64,000 nucleotides of DNA from Lytechinus pictus. Its lineage: Eukaryota. Position numbers and translations under genes: made by a program. Below the pieces are notes generated by a model. The model did no database searches and was not told the DNA's origin. It saw nothing but the letters and a program-made list of their open reading frames with translations. The stretch spans positions 24,244,001 to 24,308,000 of the forward strand of contig NC_087250.1 in assembly GCF_037042905.1 (NCBI RefSeq). The letters are read 5' to 3'. Shown piece after piece: positions 63,510 to 64,000 of this stretch. How positions within the stretch are numbered: position 1 is the first letter of the stretch; each line of letters opens with the position of its first letter.

Positions 63510-63561
63510 CTCATTCTCCTGAGGACGACAAGAACACACTTGTCGAAACGTCGAGATTGGG
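63510..63561 (+). ncRNA. Minimal type I hammerhead ribozyme (Penelope-associated)
   Basis: tctc-CTGAGGA-c-gacaag-aacaca-cttgtc-GAAA-CGTC-gaga: conserved core, 6-bp stem II, stem I tctc/gaga. Confidence 0.8.
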
Positions 63562-64000
63562 TGGTCCTTTTCAGGACCAACATCTGCCCAAGAAAGATAC
63601 ATGGTGTACCGTGAAACCTACTACACTATGACATGAGAAATTACATATTTCTTTGCGAATCATGTTTTCAGACACTGTAGTCCACTCATAACTCACAGTC
63701 AAATGTTTTTGTGGAGCTCATTTTTCCCCATTCAATTTGTATGTAAAAGAGTATACAGGGATCCATGGGAGCTATTTTGAATATCAAGAAAAGAGATATT
63801 TTGTCTAAAATATGTTTTCAGACAGTATTTTACTCCTGCAGGACTATTACAGGCTTTTTATAGTAATAATTTTGTAGAAATAGTCTGCTTCGGCATATGG
63901 AATAAAATAATCACAAATGATTTATTAAATGCCGTAGAAATAAAAATTTAGATTTTAAAAGGAGTGTAGCTCTAAAAATTGAAAGGTAATGTCACACTCT

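Larger units (their letters stand above)
60245..63630 (+). mobile_element. 5'-truncated Penelope-like retroelement whose 3' repeat is split by an I/Nimb LINE
   Basis: GIY-YIG ORF, 3' UTR to ~61000, resumes at ~63440 with a hammerhead motif; boundaries approximate. Confidence 0.7.

Overview
AT-rich, repeat-dense animal genomic DNA; the repeat landscape suggests an echinoderm such as a sea urchin (inference). The one well-supported host gene is a + strand myophilin/transgelin/MP20-type calponin-homology gene. Its exon 1 is present twice (21399-21443 and 28506-28550), exons 2-4 lie at 34265-34437, 43073-43139 and 50916-51020, and I did not find the remaining exons in the window. The promoter and exon 1 sit in a ~7.1 kb tandem duplication whose first ~1.8 kb has diverged while the rest is nearly identical. 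The rest is mobile DNA: Kolobok-, hAT-, Tc1-, PIF- and 9-10 bp-TSD non-autonomous elements (often nested), CR1/L2, Vingi/Ingi, I/Nimb and R4/Dong-like LINE fragments, a Penelope element and SINEs. The most interesting observations are a SINE with a 7SL/Alu-like head, a minimal hammerhead ribozyme in the Penelope repeat, a 4.4 kb foldback palindrome, long inverted arms carrying an array of RFX X-box motifs, and repeated R4/Dong-like 3' ends in a (TAA)n tract. All coordinates and alignments were read by eye, and no database searches were run.
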